NCBI GenBank assembly: GCA_040954595.2
Contig: JBECUI020000035.1
Coordinates: 1 to 64,000 of the forward strand
Length of the DNA: 64,000 nucleotides
Direction of reading: 5' to 3'
DNA from: Balanoglossus misakiensis
Taxonomy: Eukaryota; Animalia; Hemichordata
Part shown: one piece after another, positions 59,975 through 64,000 of the stretch
Layout of the letters: each line of letters begins with the position of its first letter
How positions within the stretch are numbered: the stretch's first letter is position 1
Translations under genes and position numbers: made by a program
The notes under the pieces: model-generated
What the model saw: the letters and a program-made list of their open reading frames with translations, nothing else
Told to the model about the DNA's origin: nothing
Databases searched by the model: none

Positions 59975-61828
59975 TTGTGGACAGGACAATTTATGTGACC
60001 AAGAATTGATTTTCTGAATATCACAAGGTTGATAGTGAATTCATTGTAATTTGTTGTCCTGTTTAAGTAGTGGGGTTATTGTAAAAAAATCATCATTCGC
60101 TATCTTGTACTTGGAGTGATGTCATCTCGACATTGATACATTATGGCTATTGAGAGGTGTGTGTTATGCAGGCAAGTGTATATCTTGATGTACTTGTTTA
60201 AATACACAATTATACTTAATGATTTAATTTAAAAGTTTTGTTTATTTTCTTGACAGTTTTGGCTACCAAAGAGTTCTCAAGGTGAGTGTTGGTGTACATC
60301 AGTGCAAAGTATCATGTACAAACTAAGAGATCAACACACTCAAATGTGTATTGTGTCGTGTACGAATTAGTTTCGTAAATCATTTGTAGATGACGTGTTT
60401 AGTTTTGTGGTAAGTGACACTGAGGTTTCAGATCGGATAGGATGATTGTCCAGTGCCATGCATTGTGTGTTAACATGTGAAAGCACTAGCCTAATTTGTT
60501 TGAAATTTGGTATTCAGGGATGATGTAAGAAAAAATAATTTTAACAGTTCATAGAATCAGTGTTTATTAATACTTCAAAAAGGTATGTGACTTGTGGACA
60601 GGACAATTTATGTGACCAAGAATTGATTTTCTGAATATCACAAGGTTGATAGTGAATTCATTGTAATTTGTTGTCCTGTTTAAGTAGTGGGGTTATTGTA
60701 AAAAAATCATCATTCGCTATCTTGTACTTGGAGTGATGTCATCTCGACATTGATACATTATGGCTATTGAGAGGTGTGTGTTATGCAGGCAAGTGTATAT
60801 CTTGATGTACTTGTTTAAATACACAATTATACTTAATGATTTAATTTAAAAGTTTTGTTTATTTTCTTGACAGTTTTGGCTACCAAAGAGTTCTCAAGGT
60901 GAGTGTTGGTGTACATCAGTGCAAAGTATCATGTACAAACTAAGAGATCAACACACTCAAATGTGTATTGTGTCGTGTACGAATTAGTTTCGTAAATCAT
61001 TTGTAGATGACGTGTTTAGTTTTGTGGTAAGTGACACTGAGGTTTCAGATCGGATAGGATGATTGTCCAGTGCCATGCATTGTGTGTTAACATGTGAAAG
61101 CACTAGCCTAATTTGTTTGAAATTTGGTATTCAGGGATGATGTAAGAAAAAATAATTTTAACAGTTCATAGAATCAGTGTTTATTAATACTTCAAAAAGG
61201 TATGTGACTTGTGGACAGGACAATTTATGTGACCAAGAATTGATTTTCTGAATATCACAAGGTTGATAGTGAATTCATTGTAATTTGTTGTCCTGTTTAA
61301 GTAGTGGGGTTATTGTAAAAAAATCATCATTCGCTATCTTGTACTTGGAGTGATGTCATCTCGACATTGATACATTATGGCTATTGAGAGGTGTGTGTTA
61401 TGCAGGCAAGTGTATATCTTGATGTACTTGTTTAAATACACAATTATACTTAATGATTTAATTTAAAAGTTTTGTTTATTTTCTTGACAGTTTTGGCTAC
61501 CAAAGAGTTCTCAAGGTGAGTGTTGGTGTACATCAGTGCAAAGTATCATGTACAAACTAAGAGATCAACACACTCAAATGTGTATTGTGTCGTGTACGAA
61601 TTAGTTTCGTAAATCATTTGTAGATGACGTGTTTAGTTTTGTGGTAAGTGACACTGAGGTTTCAGATCGGATAGGATGATTGTCCAGTGCCATGCATTGT
61701 GTGTTAACATGTGAAAGCACTAGCCTAATTTGTTTGAAATTTGGTATTCAGGGATGATGTAAGAAAAAATAATTTTAACAGTTCATAGAATCAGTGTTTA
61801 TTAATACTTCAAAAAGGTATGTGACTTG
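59975..61828. repeat. Tandem triplication, 617-bp unit
   Basis: TTGTGGACAGGACAATTTATG starts at 59975, 60592 and 61209. Copies appear identical, with TTG microhomology at the boundary. Confidence 0.97.
60257..60281 (+). other. Putative 25-nt micro-exon (copies also at 60874-60898 and 61491-61515)
   Basis: TTTTGTTTATTTTCTTGACAG|TTTTGGCTACCAAAGAGTTCTCAAG|GTGAGT. Confidence 0.55.
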
Positions 61829-62079
61829 AATGTGTGCAGTACATCATTGTGCTATGTGGTGTTAACACCATTGAATAGTGCCATTACTTACAGCAATCTT
61901 ACAGCAATGGCTTCAGTAAAACATTGAGTATGATTTGTGTGATTCCTGATACCCCTGTCTTGTCATTTGTGATGTTTTACTGTGTACTTTTTGAAATAAA
62001 GAAACTGGTGTGTTAGTTGAATATGTCAGTGAGTGAATGTGCAATTGGACAGTGTGTTGGCAGTTAGTGGAGATAAAAA

Positions 62080-62153
62080 ATCCTCATGGTGTAATGGTTA
62101 ACACACTTGTCACTTTGTGATAAGAGATCCAGGTTCGATTCCTGGTGGGGATG
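62080..62153 (+). tRNA. tRNA-Gln-like sequence (pseudo-tRNA or SINE-type head)
   Basis: Folds as acceptor ATCCTCA/TGGGGAT, D-stem GTGT/ACAC and T-stem CCAGG/CCTGG around TTCGATT, with an extended anticodon arm CTTGTC-ACTTTGT-GATAAG. Confidence 0.6.
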
Positions 62154-62318
62154 ATGAAAAAAAGAGTCCATTAGCTGTGTGTTTGAGTATGAGTGTAATA
62201 TATGTATGTACGTATTTATGCATGTATGTAGCCAGCAAACACACAAAACATATTGTGTATATTCAATTCCATACAGTGTTTGATAATAAATATGTTGCTG
62301 TTTTACAATTTGGCATTC

Positions 62319-63037
62319 ACTGCTGATAATTAGGTTTCCATAGATACAAGCGGAATGCAATAGAAGAGGGATAACCATATACATGTATAGAAAAGGTAGG
62401 TTACCCCTTCCCCTATCATCCAAATACTACCACAGAGGGTGCTATACTATATGACCATCAACTGAGTATCATTCAAATACTCTGTGCACAGTGGGTAAAT
62501 ACACATTTGTTTTTAGGAGACTTTCATCAGTTGCAGTAAAATACAACATGACTACACTATATACACCAATGAGAATGGCCATGTAATTCAGAGAGTGCTT
62601 GATATTAAAACTGTATCATAGTTGTGGCCTTTACTGCTGATAATTAGTTTACCATAGATACAAGCCCAATGCAACAGGACAGGGATAAACATATGCAAAG
62701 ACAAGATTAAACCCCACCTCCATAATCAAAATACTACCGCAGAGGGCGCTATACTATATGACCATCAACTGAGTATCATTCAAATACTCTGTGCACAGTG
62801 GGTAAAGACACATTTGTTTTTTTAGGAGACTTTCATCAGTTGCAGTAAAATACAACGTGACTACACTATATACACCAATGAGAATGGCCGTGTAATTCAG
62901 AGAGTGCTTGATATTAAAACTGTTTCATAGTTGTGGCCTTTACTGCTGATAATAGGTTACCATAGATACAAGCCCAATGCAACAGGACAGGGATAAACAT
63001 ATGCAAAGGCAAGATTAAACCCCACCTCTGTAATCAA
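62319..63037. repeat. Tandem repeat, ~310-bp unit x2.3
   Basis: ACTGCTGATAAT recurs at 62319, 62633 and 62942. The third unit is cut by the LINE tail. Confidence 0.9.
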
Positions 63038-63366
63038 AATAATAATAATAATAATAATAATTTATTTGTATAGTGTCAGTATCCACAAAAATGTGATCAA
63101 TGACGCTTAAAGCAAAAGTACAATACAACAAATGGCTAAAAAACAGATTTAAAAAGTAAAGTTTTAACATTTGATTTAAAAACAGATAAGTCTGGTGCCT
63201 GGCGAATGGTAAGTGGAAGATTATTCCAAAGAATTGGAGCAGCAACAGTAAAAGCACGATCACCATAACTTTTGGTGCGTGATCGAACAAGGCAGAGTTT
63301 GAACTGATCAGCTGACCTTAAATTGCGACACGGAACATATAGATTAGTCATGCTAGAAAGATAGAT
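63038..63366 (-). mobile_element. 3' end of an L2/CR1-clade LINE with (ATT)n tail
   Basis: YVPCRNLRSAD...RTKSYGDRAFTVAAPILWNNLPLTIRQAPDLSVFKSNVKTLLFKSVF is the characteristic ORF2 C-terminus. The 3' UTR ends AAATAAATTATTATTATT. Confidence 0.92.
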
Positions 63367-64000
63367 TGCGCCAGTGGGGATGCAAGCCCAATTATCGATG
63401 AGTCGGAATCACAACCAGACACTTGGAAGTTGAGAACAATAACCAGTTTAATCGATACACTTCGTCGATCGATATATAAACATACATAGAGCAATGGCGG
63501 TCCAGCGGGGAAGGAGAGGACCGAGCATGCGCAAAAGGAACAAAAGTATAAACTAGTAACTACGAGTGAGGGCGTGCTACCGAACGCACTCCAGCAACAC
63601 TAATGGAATGGCGTAGCCACCTTCTCTTACATCCACTTCTCTTTCTGTCCATCGAGCAGGAAAAAAATTTGACACAGGAAATGTGAGCATAAAATGCAAA
63701 GAAAAACATGAACATGCATGTTGACTGAGTCCTACAAAAGTCAAAAGCTGCAATGAAAGTGAGAACATGAAAGTCAATAAATATAAATGGGAGTACTGGG
63801 GGCAACACTGTTCAGCACAAAAATATAAAGGTCTGAAACTCTAAAAGTTCACTTCATAGTCATCAAAGCGGGTGGGACGACGGCGAGCGCGGGTGGATTT
63901 TCTTGTACCCTCAGTGGTGAGAGGTTGATCTGGTCGACTATCTTCAGCAGGAGCTGACATGTCAGTGGTTTCCATGGGGCTGCACACTGTGGGTTGGATA
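63367..64000 (-). mobile_element. 3' end of a Gypsy LTR retrotransposon: pol C-terminus (63841-64000), PPT (63632-63649), 3' LTR (63367-63631)
   Basis: Minus-strand ORF ends ...TRKSTRARRRPTRFDDYEVNF*, the typical Gypsy pol tail. A purine tract GACAGAAAGAGAAGTGGA directly precedes a TGTAAG...GCGCA LTR containing ATTAAA. Confidence 0.85.

Noticed and set aside
62080-62153. Functional tRNA gene
   Set aside because: Non-canonical anticodon arm, no oligo-T terminator, and embedded in a multi-copy repeat. Kept only as tRNA-like.
55349-62751. CTCF sites at AGAGGGCGCTA-like motifs (55349, 55759, 62429, 62736)
   Set aside because: Only the 3' half matches the consensus and all lie within one repeat family. 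Not supportable without ChIP data.

Overview
AT-rich, intron-containing animal genomic DNA, most likely an invertebrate and possibly a deuterostome (taxon is inference). No prokaryotic features and no CRISPR array. Nearly all ORFs in the supplied track are spurious: microsatellites, repeat interiors or partial exons. (1) ~1.6-21.2 kb is a very large imperfect inverted repeat with arms ~1636-7070 and ~14107-21215. Its ~7 kb loop holds a broken short-pentraxin-like gene. Comparing the arms reveals two transposon insertions with verifiable empty sites and several TA->TACATGTA / TACAGTA / TACCGTA excision-type footprints. (2) 22.9-26.4 kb holds two tandem arrays (160 bp x4 and 82-86 bp x~26). (3) 32.3-41.4 kb (minus strand) is the last 15 coding exons (~863 aa, splice phases all consistent) of a type-I membrane protein: pentraxin/LamG, EGF-like, HYR, sushi, RRKR linker, 4x GCC2/3, 2x EGF, TM and an NPxY tail, i.e. 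uninflatable/SVEP1-like architecture. One acceptor reads AT instead of AG, one frame-preserving exon is doubled by a near-perfect 4999-bp tandem duplication, and no upstream exons are visible in the remaining ~17 kb. (4) 41.6-53.0 kb is a nested/tandem array of non-autonomous Helentron-like elements. (5) 53-64 kb contains decayed ORFs and exons, a second large inverted repeat carrying tRNA-Gln-like cloverleaves, an exact 617-bp triplication containing a micro-exon, and a LINE 3' end interrupted by a Gypsy LTR retrotransposon. All family assignments come from reading the sequence by eye; no database searches were run.
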